Shown here one piece after another: positions 23,400-34,507 of a stretch of 64,000 nt of DNA (positions within the stretch are counted from its first letter, which is position 1; every line of letters begins with the position of its first letter). The stretch is from an uncultured Gemmatimonadaceae bacterium. GTDB taxonomy: Bacteria > Gemmatimonadota > Gemmatimonadetes > Gemmatimonadales > Gemmatimonadaceae. Both the position numbers and the translations under genes were made by a program. The notes beneath the pieces were generated by a model. It had not been told where the DNA came from and did no database searches. It worked only from the letters and a program-made list of their open reading frames with translations. The DNA lies in the NCBI GenBank assembly GCA_963829055.1, contig CAWHHI010000010.1, positions 1 to 64,000 of the forward strand, given 5' to 3'.

Positions 23400-23518
23400 A
23401 GTGTAGCGCACGCGCGCGTAGCAGAAACAGTCGCGCGGCTCGAAGCCGCGGACGCGTCGGCGTCGACGGGCGGGCGGAGCAGGAGTCGCGCAGTCGCGAC
23501 GGATTCCGGCCAGATCAC
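23400..23518 (-). pseudogene. Possible remnant of a RimJ/RimL-type GNAT acetyltransferase N-terminus
   Basis: WPESVATARLLLRPPVDADA resembles the T.RL.LRP...D start of this family. The rest is missing. Confidence 0.4.
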
Positions 23519-23608
23519 GGGTAGGTCACGGGCGGCGATTGCTTCGGTCGGCGGGTCGGGTCATGTTCTCACTGCACGTATATTGTATCCGAGACTCCGA
23601 CTTCGCCC

Positions 23609-25290
23609 ATGCGCCGTTTTCTGTCCATTGCCACGGTCTCGCTCGCAGCCGCGCTCGCCCTTCCCGTGCGACCGGCGTCGGCGCAACAGCACGTCCCCAA
23701 AACGTCGCACGCCGATACGCTCCGCGGGTCGTTCACGACACCCGGCCGCAGCTGGTGGGACGTCGCGTTCTACGATCTGCACGTCTCCATCCGGCCTAAC
23801 GACAGCACCGTCGCCGGCTACAACGCGCATCACCTACACGGTGCTCAAGCCGGCGACCGAGATGCAGATCGATCTCATGGAGCCGCTCGTCGTCGACAGC
23901 ATGAAGCAGGACGGGCGCGCCGTCCGCTTCCGCCGCGACGGCGACGCGTTCTTCGCGACGCTCACAGCCCCGCAGCCGGCGGGACAACGGAAGACGATCA
24001 CGGTCTACTACCACGGCCGTCCGCAGATCGCGAAGAACCCGCCGTGGCAAGGCGGCTTCTCGTGGGCGAAGGACAGCCTTGGCCGCCCGTGGGTCGTCAC
24101 GACGGATCAGGGCATGGGCGCGCGCGTGTGGTGGCCTAACAAGGACACGCAGGCCGACGAGCCCGACTCGCAGCGCGTCGCGCTCACGGTGCCCGAACCG
24201 CTCATCAACGTGTCGAACGGACGCCTGCGCAGCACGAAGAAGAACGCGAACGGGACGACGACGTACGAGTGGTTCGTCGTGAACCCGATCAACAACTACG
24301 CGATCGCCGTCGCTGCCGGTAACTACGCTCACTATACGCGAAATGTTCGATGGGCTGAAGGGCAAGCTCACGATGGATTTCTGGCCGCTCGACTACAACG
24401 TCGCGAACGCGAAGCGGCAGTTCCCGCAAGCGAGAACGATGCTCAAGTGCTTCGAGCACTGGTTCGGCCCGTACCCATGGTACGAGGACGGCTACAAGCT
24501 GCTCGAGGTGCCTAACACGGGCATGGAGCATCAGAGCGCGGTGTCGTACGGCAACTGGTATGCGAACGGCTACCGGAAGCGTGATGCGTCAGGCACCGGC
24601 CTCGGGCTCAAGTGGGATTTCATCATCGTCCACGAGAGCGCGCACGAGTGGTTCGGCAACAACATCACCGCGAAGGACAACGCGGACATGTGGGTGCACG
24701 AGAGCTTCGCCAACTACGCCGAGGGCATCTACACGGAGTGCCTGTTCGGCAAGGACGCTGGCGCGCAGTACATCATCGGCAACCGGCGCGGCATCCGGAA
24801 CGACCGCCCGATCATCCCCGCGTACGACGTGAACGACCAGGGCTCGGGCGACATGTACCCGAAGGGCGGCGAGATGCTGCACACCATCCGCCAGCTCGTG
24901 AACGACGACGAGAAGTGGCGCGGCATCCTGCGCGGGCTGAACAAGACGTTCTGGCACCAGACGGTGATGGGCAAGCAGGTCGAGGACTACATCAGCGCGC
25001 AGGCCGGCATGAGCCTCGGCAAGGTCTTCGACCAGTATCTGCGGACGACGAAGATCCCGAAGTTCGAGTACCGGATTTCCGGCGACACGCTCAGCTACCG
25101 CTGGAGTAACGTCGTGCCGGGCTTCGACATGCCGATCCGCGTCACGCTCGACTGGCCGACGATGTCGCTCATCCGCCCGACGGAGGCCTGGCAGATCGCG
25201 ACCGTGAAGCTCGCGAACCCGACGGACTTCAGGGTCGACGAGAATTTCTACGTCGTGCCGAAGCTCGTGGAGTCGACGACGAAGCCCTGA
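23609..25290 (+). CDS. M1 family zinc aminopeptidase, secreted, frameshifted
   Basis: Signal peptide, WWP.KD...D, VSNG, GMEH, HESAHEWFGN...WVHESFANY, YPKG. Confidence 0.92.
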
Positions 25291-25308
25291 AACCAACTGG
25301 ACGACACC

Positions 25309-26943
25309 ATGCGCTCCTACGCTCACGGCACCAGTCCCACACCGCTGCTCGGCGAAACCATTGGGGAGAACCTCCGTCGCACCGTGGCGCGACACGCGGA
25401 TCACGATGCGCTCGTCGTCAGGTCGCAGAATTACCGCGCCACGTATCAGCAGCTCTACGACTCGACGTCGGAGCTCGCTCGCGCACTCATCGCCAGCGGC
25501 ATCGAGCCGGGCGACCGGGTCGGCATCTGGTCGCCGAACCGGTTCGAATGGGTCGTCACGCAATACGCGACCGCGCGCATGGGCGCGATCCTCGTGAACA
25601 TCAACCCGGCGTACAAGTCGTCCGAGCTGGGCTACGTGCTGCGGCAGTCAGGGGTGAAGCTGCTGCTGCTCGCTCGCGAGTTCCGCGGCGCGGACTACGT
25701 CGCGCTGCTCGACGACGTGCGCGCGGACTGCCCCGATCTCGACGAGTCGGTCGTCATCGACGACGCATGGAGCGAGCTCCTACAACGCGGCGTTGCGGTC
25801 ACCGAGACACAGCTCGCGGCTCGTGAGGACGTGCTGCAGTTCGATGACCCGATCAACATCCAGTACACGTCCGGGACGACGGGATTCCCGAAGGGCGCAA
25901 CGCTGTCTCACCACAACATCCTCAACAACGGCTTCTTCATCGGCGAGACGTTAGGCCTCACCGAGCGCGACCGGGTGTGCATCCCCGTCCCCTTCTACCA
26001 TTGTTTCGGGATGGTGCTCGGCAACCTCGCCTGTACTACTCATGGCTCGTGTATGGTCGTCCCCGGCGAGTCGTTCGACCCGCTCGCCACCCTCGAGACG
26101 ACCGCGGCGGAACGCTGCACGGCACTCTACGGCGTGCCCACGATGTTCATCGCCGAGCTCACGCAACCGCGATTTGCGGAGTTCGACCTCACGTCGCTGC
26201 GCACCGGCATCATGGCTGGATCACCGTGCCCGGTCGAGGTGATGAAGAAGGTGCAGTCGATCATGCACATGCCCGAAGTGACCATCTGCTACGGGATGAC
26301 GGAGACCTCGCCCGTGTCGACGCAGAGTCTGCTCGACGACCCGCTCGAGAAGCGGGTCTCGACTGTCGGTCGGGTCCATCCGCACGTCGAGGTCAAGATC
26401 ATCGACGCCGAGACCGGCCGGATCGTTCCGCACGGCACGCCGGGCGAGCTGTGCACGCGCGGGTACAGCGTCATGCTCGGCTACTGGAACAACGAGGCGG
26501 CGACGCGCGAGTCGATCGACGCGGCAGGCTGGATGCACACGGGCGACGTCGCGACGATGGACGCCGACGGCTATGTGAACATCGTCGGCCGGATCAAGGA
26601 CATGATCATCCGCGGCGGCGAGAACATCTACCCGCGTGAGGTCGAGGAGTACCTCCTCACGCATCCGGACATCGTAGACGCGCAGGTGATCGGCGTGCCG
26701 AGCGAGCGGTATGGCGAGGAGGTGATGGCGTGGGTGCGCGCGCGCGCCGACTCCGGGTTGACGGCCGAGCTGCTGACGCTGTTCTGCAAGGATCGAATCG
26801 CGACTTACAAGATTCCCGCGTACTGGCGGTTCGTCGATTCCTTCCCGATGACTGTGACGGGGAAGATTCAGAAGTTCCGCATGCGTGAAGTCGCGATCGC
26901 CGATCTGCAACTCGAGCGAGCCGCGGCGATCACGACGGCGTGA
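25309..26943 (+). CDS. AMP-dependent acyl-CoA synthetase
   Basis: [48 protein letters not shown]. Intact ORF. Confidence 0.95.
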   Translation: MRSYAHGTSPTPLLGETIGENLRRTVARHADHDALVVRSQNYRATYQQLYDSTSELARALIASGIEPGDRVGIWSPNRFEWVVTQYATARMGAILVNINPAYKSSELGYVLRQSGVKLLLLAREFRGADYVALLDDVRADCPDLDESVVIDDAWSELLQRGVAVTETQLAAREDVLQFDDPINIQYTSGTTGFPKGATLSHHNILNNGFFIGETLGLTERDRVCIPVPFYHCFGMVLGNLACTTHGSCMVVPGESFDPLATLETTAAERCTALYGVPTMFIAELTQPRFAEFDLTSLRTGIMAGSPCPVEVMKKVQSIMHMPEVTICYGMTETSPVSTQSLLDDPLEKRVSTVGRVHPHVEVKIIDAETGRIVPHGTPGELCTRGYSVMLGYWNNEAATRESIDAAGWMHTGDVATMDADGYVNIVGRIKDMIIRGGENIYPREVEEYLLTHPDIVDAQVIGVPSERYGEEVMAWVRARADSGLTAELLTLFCKDRIATYKIPAYWRFVDSFPMTVTGKIQKFRMREVAIADLQLERAAAITTA

Positions 26944-27078
26944 CGTTGGCGTGATACGTTAGGCGCGTCGATCGCCGCGGCCTACGGGCGCGTCGGCGTC
27001 GAGAGTGCGCGCGCCCCGACCCAGGGCGCGGCAGCGTAGCGGTGCACGTTCTGCGCGCGACGCGACGTTAGGCGCTCC

Positions 27079-28267
27079 TCAATCGAGCGGTATCGCGACG
27101 CGCCCACCCGCGGTCACGCGCATCACGTAGTCGGCGACCTGTCGACCGAGCTCCTGACCGACTTCGCAGTCGAATCGATAATGTAGCCCGCCGTACATGC
27201 GGGAGAGGCCGGCCTCGACGACCATCGCCTGCAAACGGTCGCTCTCGTCAGGGAACACACTCGCGAGCACCGTCGCGTATGCGGACGTGATGCAGGAGTG
27301 GCCGCTCGGGTACGACGGATGGTTGGGCAGTCCGATCGGGAGTTTGATCGCGGGGTCGGCCTGCGACGGCCGGATCAGGTAGTACGCGAGCTTCGCATCG
27401 AAGCACGCGTTCAGGACGTCGAAGCCGGCCATGTTCGCCAGCGCGAACACGCGCGCGGCCTCGCGCTCCGACTTGTGGTGCGCCACGATCATCTCGGACG
27501 CGACGCCATTGAGGTAGGCGGGGCCGTTGGGGTTCCAGAATTGCGCGATCGCGAGCTGGGTCGGCGTGAGTCCGTCGGACAGCGCCCGGATCTCCTGGAG
27601 CGCGGCGTTGAATTCCGGTGAGCCGAACGCGGGCGGCGGGCCGGGCCTGAACTGATCGCCCGACTCGAGTGCGAATGTCCGCGCTCCGTACAGGCCGCGA
27701 CAGCGAATTGGTGCCCGTCCATTTCCCCGCACCACCCGGGTTCGCGGGCGGCGGCGTTAGGTTCGTCCTGTCGGTCGCCGCGTACGCGACCACCGCGGCC
27801 CCGACCGCGCGTCCGACCGCCTCACCGGCCGCAACATCCTTCGTCTGTTCGCCCGGCCACTGCGCCTCGGCCTTCTGGTTCGCGAGCGTCTGATCGAGCA
27901 ACGCGCCATCGAGCGGGAAGAAGCTCTTCAGGACGACCAGTGATGCACCGGCCGCGGCGGCCGCTGGGGAGGGATGGTCACCACGGTCCTTCGCGTCTTC
28001 GGCGGCGATGATCGCGTTGTACTGCGCCACCGAGAGATAGGTGAGGATGCGTGTCTGCGTGAGCGGCGTTCCGCCTCCGCGAGCGGCAATGAGGTCGCGC
28101 GCGGTCTTATTCCACGCGACGCTCGATCCAGCCTCCCAGAACTTGACCGCGGACAGCTGAGGGCGCGTCGGAATCAGGGACGACGCAGTTGGTTCGCTGC
28201 AGGCCGCGACTGCAATGGCCAGCACGACGGGCGCAACACGCACGACGGTTCGTGAGCAAGTAGACAT
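27079..28267 (-). CDS. Vanadium-dependent haloperoxidase / PAP2 superfamily lipoprotein, frameshift near 27700
   Basis: Lipobox VAAC. K..Y...RP, HPSYPSGH and SRMYGGLHYRFD active-site motifs. Confidence 0.88.
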
Positions 28268-28321
28268 GGTTCTCCGGTGGTGGAGTGAGAAACGCGGTAC
28301 ATGCGCGAGCAGGGTTGTTCA

Positions 28322-29833
28322 TCAACGCCAGGTCGGCGCGCCGTCGAACGCGTTGGCAGGCGGCATCGTGATGCGCGTCAGGGCGGATCCATCGGCATTC
28401 ACCACGTACAGGCCTGCCGGCGTCGCGAACATGATTTGCCGTCCATCGGGCGACCACGCCGGCGCGGACGCGAATTCGGCCGGCGCCGCGACACGCCTAA
28501 CGTTTCTGTCCGTCCACATCGCTGACGACGATGTCGAAGTGGTACGTCCCCGCGGTCTCTTCGCGAAAGCGAACGAACACGAGCCGCGAACCGTCCGGTG
28601 ACCAGCTCGGGTCGTAGTCGGACGTGACGTTTGGAGTAATCCTGGTCGATCTGCTCCCATCCGCATCGACGATGAAGATCTGAGATTGGTCGCTTCCGTC
28701 CACCCACGCCGAGAACGCCACTCGTGTACCGTCCGGCGACCAGAGCGGCCTGCCGTAGTAGCCATCCTCGGCGCGTTAGGCGCACCGGCACGCCACCGGC
28801 GGCGTCAATGAGCGCGATATGATTCTTTTCAAACAGAACCTCCTGCTCCACGTAGGCGATCCGCCTTCCATCGGGCGACCAGCTTGCCGACCTGCTCATG
28901 CCGTTCGTGGTAAGCGCGCGCCATGGCGACGCGCCGGAAGAGCGGCTCATCGACGACGTACAGATCGCTGGTGTACTCCAGCCATTCGAATTCGGGCGGG
29001 CCAAAGAACGCCCGGACACCTTCGACGACGAGCTGCGCCGCCGTTAGGCGACCATGCAGCGCCAGCGATCGAGGTGAATTCCGGCGAGCGTGGCAGCGAC
29101 CGCAGACTTCGGTCTGAGGTCGAGTAGGTCAGGACGTCGGACGCGAAGCACCCCACCGCTCGACGACGTGCGGGTGAAGGCGAACGAGCCGGAGAAGTCG
29201 ATCACCGAGACCGTCGCCGTCGCGCTCAGTGTTCCCGTAGTGACGGTGACCGTGGTCGAGCCGGGAGCGATAGCGGTGACAATGCCGTCCGTCTTTCCGA
29301 CTGTCGCGACGGCGGGATTCGCCGACGACCCACTCGAACGACACGTTTGCGACACGGCCCGTCGAGTCGACGGCGCGAGCGACGAGACGCTCAACGCTCC
29401 CGGGGATGAGCGACACGGCTGTGCGGGAGATCGAGACGGCGACAGGAGGGTCCGGACGCCGAACCGACACGATCGCCGTCGCAGCGAGCGCCCCTGCACG
29501 GGCGGTCACGATGGTGCGCCCCGGCGATACGCCGACGACATAGCCATCGACCTCGCGTACCGTCGCAATCGTCGGATCCGCCGATGACCAGGTGACCGAC
29601 GCGGCTACGGTGCGGTTACCGGCATCGACGGCCCGTGCGGAAACGCTTGCGCCGTCACCGACCACCAGGCTCAACGCGGGTGTCGTGATGGAGAGCGCGA
29701 CAGCCGGCCCGACACCAGACGTCGCCGTCGGCGCGGCGTCTCGTGTGCAGGCGAGTAGGAAGCTCGCGATAGAGACTGCGAGCGACGCATGCAGCGCCCG
29801 AGAGACGCGAGCACGATGCACGTAGGTTGACAT
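28322..29833 (-). CDS. Lipoprotein with Ig-like (Big_2) domains and TolB/PD40 repeats, frameshifted
   Basis: Lipobox LLAC; WSSADPTIATV Ig motif, repeated; several WSPDG repeats. Confidence 0.8.
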
Positions 29834-29978
29834 GAGTTCCTCAGAGTCGCGGTGCGAAAAGCGGCACTCATTTTCGTAGACGGACGCGTTGCAGCGTTTC
29901 TCGACGTCAGCAGGCCCGCGTGTACCGACTGTAGATCGGCGCGTCACCACGAGGACCGGCCGGCGCGGTGTGTCCTGC

Positions 29979-30791
29979 CTAACGCGACACGAGGCCGGAG
30001 ATGGCGACGCGGTGCTCTTTCGCGACCGCGTCGTAGCCAACCGTGTACGTCGTCGGCTGGTACCCACGTGCGGAGTACTGCGTGGGGAGCTTGAGCGGCG
30101 TCGTGGCGACGGTTGGCTTGGTCTCGAGGTACGACTTGGCCACCATCGGTTCAGCGAAGATGATTGCCCCGTCGTACGAGCCGTAGATGAACGTCTTCGT
30201 GAACGGCTGGCCCTTCCGCTCGGGCGCGTCAGGGTCGTTCCAGTGAAGACCCATTCCCACACTCGCCATCCCCGCGGCGTACCCTGCGGGTATGAATTCC
30301 GCAGCGGGCAGGCGCGTCATCTTCGCATCGGTGACGGAGACGATGGCGGTCCGCTCCGCGTCGGTGATGGTGTAGAAGTGGAAATCGAAATGCGGGACGG
30401 TGTAGACGCCCGCCGGCGGGTGACCGTTCGGAACCCAGTTGATCACCGCATGCTTGAACGGCGTCGCGGACGCTTGCGACGGGAGCGCCAACACGAATTC
30501 CGCCGCGCCGGTGGGCAGACCCGTGAGCGCCGATTCCGAGAACGCGAGGCCGATATCCGTCGGCGTACCGGCGCTATCGAGCGAGACGTACGCGCGAGCG
30601 CTCCCGTCCGCCATCGCGACGCTCGGGCCGAAGAACGTTCCGCTCTTGTCGGGAGTCTTGTCAGGCGGGGTCGAGTCGGAGCAGCTCACTGATGTGAGTA
30701 GCGCGCCGGCAACGGCTACAACGCGCAGAATCGTCGCGACGCGGCGTGACGCGTCATCCCCGCGAACACCGCGGGTGAATGGAGTGTGCAT
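29979..30791 (-). CDS. DUF5602/TTHB210-like lipoprotein
   Basis: Lipobox SVSC; W.P.GHPP.GVY.VPHFDFHFY, MGLHW, F..TFIYGSYDG..IF.EPM. Confidence 0.75.
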   Translation of the reverse strand: MHTPFTRGVRGDDASRRVATILRVVAVAGALLTSVSCSDSTPPDKTPDKSGTFFGPSVAMADGSARAYVSLDSAGTPTDIGLAFSESALTGLPTGAAEFVLALPSQASATPFKHAVINWVPNGHPPAGVYTVPHFDFHFYTITDAERTAIVSVTDAKMTRLPAAEFIPAGYAAGMASVGMGLHWNDPDAPERKGQPFTKTFIYGSYDGAIIFAEPMVAKSYLETKPTVATTPLKLPTQYSARGYQPTTYTVGYDAVAKEHRVAISGLVSR

Positions 30792-30882
30792 TGTGTCTCT
30801 TCTCGGCGAGGTCGGTGAGCGTCGCAGCGCAACACGAGTGTTGCCTGACAAGTTGCCCGCCCATAGCTTGGCGGACGGCACC

Positions 30883-30931
30883 TGTGATGCCGCACAAGCT
30901 GACGCGTAGGAACTGCGCGAAAGACGCCACG
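30883..30931 (-). promoter_or_regulatory. Candidate ECF promoter GTGGCG-N18-CGCGTC, copy 2
   Basis: Matches 17413-17461, including the downstream GC(T)YGTGCGGCA.CACA block. Confidence 0.65.
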
Positions 30932-30974
30932 CGAGTCGTGGCGTACTGCTCGTGACTCTCATTCGGCGAGCCGA

Positions 30975-31571
30975 ATGGCCGACCAGCAGGAGCAGGAGAT
31001 CACCGACGCGCTGTCCGCACTAAGGCGCGGCGCTCCGGAGGCGATGGACCAGCTCATGCCGCTGGTCTACCGCAAGCTGAAACGCATCGCGCACCGACAG
31101 CTGGGCGCCGAAGCCGGTGGTCACACGCTGTCCACCACCGCCGTCGTGCACGAGGCGTACATCCGGCTCGCCGGACAGGCAAACGCGCAGTGGGTCGATC
31201 GCGGACAGTTCTTCGCGATCGCGGCGCGCACGATGCGCCGGATCCTCATCGACTATGCGCGCCAGCATCAGGCTGCCCGACGCGGCGGTCAGGGCCGATC
31301 CGCCGTGGCGCTCGAGTTTCTCGAGTACGGCGACTCGCACGCGATCTCGATTCCCGAGCGTGCTGAATCACTGATCGCGCTCGACGAAGCGCTCGACGGT
31401 CTTCGTCGCATGGACGAGCGTCTGGCGAGTGTCGTGGAGTGCCGTTTCTTCGCCGGCTTGAGCGAGGTGGAGACGTCAGAAGCGCTCGGCATCTCCCAGC
31501 GAACCGTGGCTCGCGACTGGCGGATGGCGCGGGCGTGGCTTCACGAGGCGTTGCGCAATGACATCGCCTAA
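30975..31571 (+). CDS. ECF sigma factor, kinase-associated (paralog of 17480-18091)
   Basis: LMPLVYRKLKRIAHRQL, HTLSTTAVVHEAY, VVECRFFAGLS, RDWRMARAWL. Confidence 0.92.
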   Translation: MADQQEQEITDALSALRRGAPEAMDQLMPLVYRKLKRIAHRQLGAEAGGHTLSTTAVVHEAYIRLAGQANAQWVDRGQFFAIAARTMRRILIDYARQHQAARRGGQGRSAVALEFLEYGDSHAISIPERAESLIALDEALDGLRRMDERLASVVECRFFAGLSEVETSEALGISQRTVARDWRMARAWLHEALRNDIA

Positions 31572-34505
31572 CGCCGGCCATGGAGACGCCGATCCGCTGT
31601 CGCCGGAGCAGTGGGCGCGCGTGCGAGCCATCGTCGAAGGCGCGGCCGCGCTCCCTGCTGACGCGCAATCCGCGTTCCTGGACGCTTCGTGTGGCGCGGA
31701 CCACTCGATGCGCCGACGGATCGAGCGCCTCGTCGCGGCTCACGAGCGCGCAGACGACGACTGGGGATTTCTGGGACGCTCGGCCGGCGAGCTCGCGGCG
31801 CCGCTACTCGCCGCTGACGACGCCACAACAGGCGACCGCGTCGCACGCGCGGACGCTGCACCGGCGGCATTCTGCGCAGCGCTCGCCGACCGCTATGCCG
31901 TAGGCGCAGTACTCGGGCGCGGTGGCATGGCGACGGTCTACGTCGCCGAAGATCTCCGGCACCAGCGACGCGTCGCCATCAAGGTCCTCGACCCCGACCT
32001 CGGCGTGCTGCTTGGGGCCGAGCGCTTCCTGTCCGAGATCCGGGTCACGGCGAGTCTCCGGCATCCGAACCTCCTGCCGCTGTTCGACTCCGGAGAAGCG
32101 GGTGGGCTGCTGTACTACGTCATGCCGCTCATCGATGGATCGACGCTCCGCGCGCGACTCCAGCGTGAGCGGCAGCTGCCCGTGGACGAGGCCGTACGCA
32201 TCGTGCGCGTGATCGCAGGCGCGCTCGACTATGCGCATCGGCAGGGCGTCGTACACCGCGACCTCAAGCCGGAGAACATCCTGCTGCAGGATGATCAGCC
32301 GCTCGTCGCGGACTTCGGGATCTCACTCGCCGTGACGCGGGCCGCGAGCTCGCAGCGGACAACCGCCGGCATTTCGTTAGGCACGCCGAAGTACATGAGT
32401 CCGGAGCAGGCCGCCGGCGCCTCCGATGTGGACGGCCGGAGTGACATCTACTCGCTGGCCTGCGTGCTCTACGAGTTGCTGGCCGGCGAGCCGCCGTTCA
32501 CCGGCGACACCGTTCAAGCGGTGATCGCCAGAGTGCTCGCCGAAGCACCGGCCAGCGTACGGACGCTTCGTCCGGGCGTTCCTGCTCACCTCGATGCGGC
32601 CCTCACGCGCGCGTTGGCCAAGCTCCCGGCAGACCGGTACGCGACTGCCCGTGAGTTCGGCGATGCGCTCGTCCTCGCGTCGACGGCGGCCTCCGCGGAC
32701 GTGCAGGCGACTGCCGCACCGTGGCGCAGTCCGGCCCGCCTGGCACTCGTGGCAGTCGCGACCGTCGCTGTCCTGAGCTGCTGTCTGGCTGGCGACACGC
32801 GCGCCCGCCGGCGACGTGTCACAGTTCGTCGAACGAGGCCTGATCGATCAGTCGATAAATAGCGCCGTCACGATCACGCCAGACGGTCGCGCGCTCGCGT
32901 ACACCGGACAGGCGGGATCCCGAGGTCCGCTCATCGTGCGGCCGTTGTCCCAGCGCCCGGAGCGCGCGCTGCCCGGCACCGAGCGCGCGATCCTGCCGTT
33001 CGTTTCGCCAGACGGCAGGCGGCTCGCCTTCGTCTCGAGCGACGACAAGCTCGGGTCGGTATCGATCGAGGACGCGTCGGACGCCGACGGCGCCGCCGGC
33101 CGGTTGCTACGCCGTGTCTTCCGAGCGACGGAGCCGTGGCGGTATGGCAACGGCGCCTGGGTCGGGGATAGCCTCATCGTAACCGAATGGGACTCTACCG
33201 GGCTATCGACCGGCCTACCCGCGGAAGGGCCGCGGCGTCGGCTCACGCGGGTGGATCGTGCACGGGGCGAAGTGAAGCATGCCGCTCCCCTCGTGATTCC
33301 GGGCGCGCGGGCCGTGGTGTTCACCGTTAGGCATCGCGGTGGCCCTGGCGTTGTCAGCGGACCTCTCGCGATCGCCAAGCTCGATCCCGGAGCCGCCACG
33401 ATATCGCCGCACGCGTTGCTCGGTGTGACGGCTCGTCGCGCCATCGCGGTCGTGGATGGCTGGCTGCTCTTCATCACGACGGACGGCAAAGCCATCCAGG
33501 CCGTTCGGTTCGACCCCGAGCGCCAGCGAATCTCCGGGAGCCCGATCCTGGTGCTCGAGGATGCACTGGGGAACCTCGAATCGGCAGCGCTCGCCGACAA
33601 CGGCACGCTGCTGTACGTGCGCCGGCCACGGACCAACAGCGTGGTGTTCATCGATCAGCGAGGAGCGGTGCGCCCGCTGTTCGAGAGTACCCGTGGATCG
33701 TTCATGTACCCACGGGTGTCACCGGACGGCAAGCGGTTCGCAGTACAGATGACGTCGGCCGAGGACGACCAATCGAATGTTCTGGTCTATGACATCGCGT
33801 CGCGAGCTCCTACGCCGCTCACGAGCACCGGTATGGCGCTCCATCCGACGTGGACGCCAGACGGACGCCGGATCGTTTTCATGTTACGTGGCACCCGCGA
33901 GCTCGCGTGGCAGCCGGTTGACGGCCAGGGCGCGGCCGAAAAGATCCCGCTGACCGGGGGCTCATTCGCGCCAATGGTGTCGCCCGACGGCCACTCCATT
34001 GTCTTTCAGCGCGGTCGTCAGAGCGCGATCGATGCGAGCATCTCGGTCTGTCCCCGTCGTCGGAGGGATCGCGCCGCGCCCGGTGCTCCAGGATCCTGCC
34101 AACAGCTACGAGGCCGCCGTATCGCCTAACGGGCGCTGGCTGGCGTATACGTCGAACGTATCGGGGCGCGCCGAGGTCTACGTGCGAGCGTTCCCGGGCC
34201 CCGGGCTCGCCGTGCAGGTCTCCGACAGCGGCGGAAACGAAGCAGCATGGTCGCCCGATGGCCAGAACATCTACTACCGTGCCAAGCGCGGGTTCATGGA
34301 GGTGGCAGTGACGACGCCGGCGCTTCACATCACGTCGCAGCGCCGGCTGTTCAAGGACACGTACAGCGGCAGCATGCAGCATCGGAATTATGATGTCGCG
34401 CCCGACGGATCGGGATTTTTCATGATCTCGCAGGAAAACCCCGAGGCCGTCGTCACGCTCAATTGGGTGACGGCGTTGCGGACGCAGCTGCGGGGCGCGC
34501 GTTAG
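31558..34505 (+). CDS. Membrane Ser/Thr protein kinase with PD40/TolB-like propeller, frameshifted
   Basis: LGRGGMATVY, HRDLKPEN, DFG, GTPKYMSPEQ. C-terminal SPDG repeats, EVYVR.FPG and VTLNW. Confidence 0.9.
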
Positions 34506-34507
34506 GC

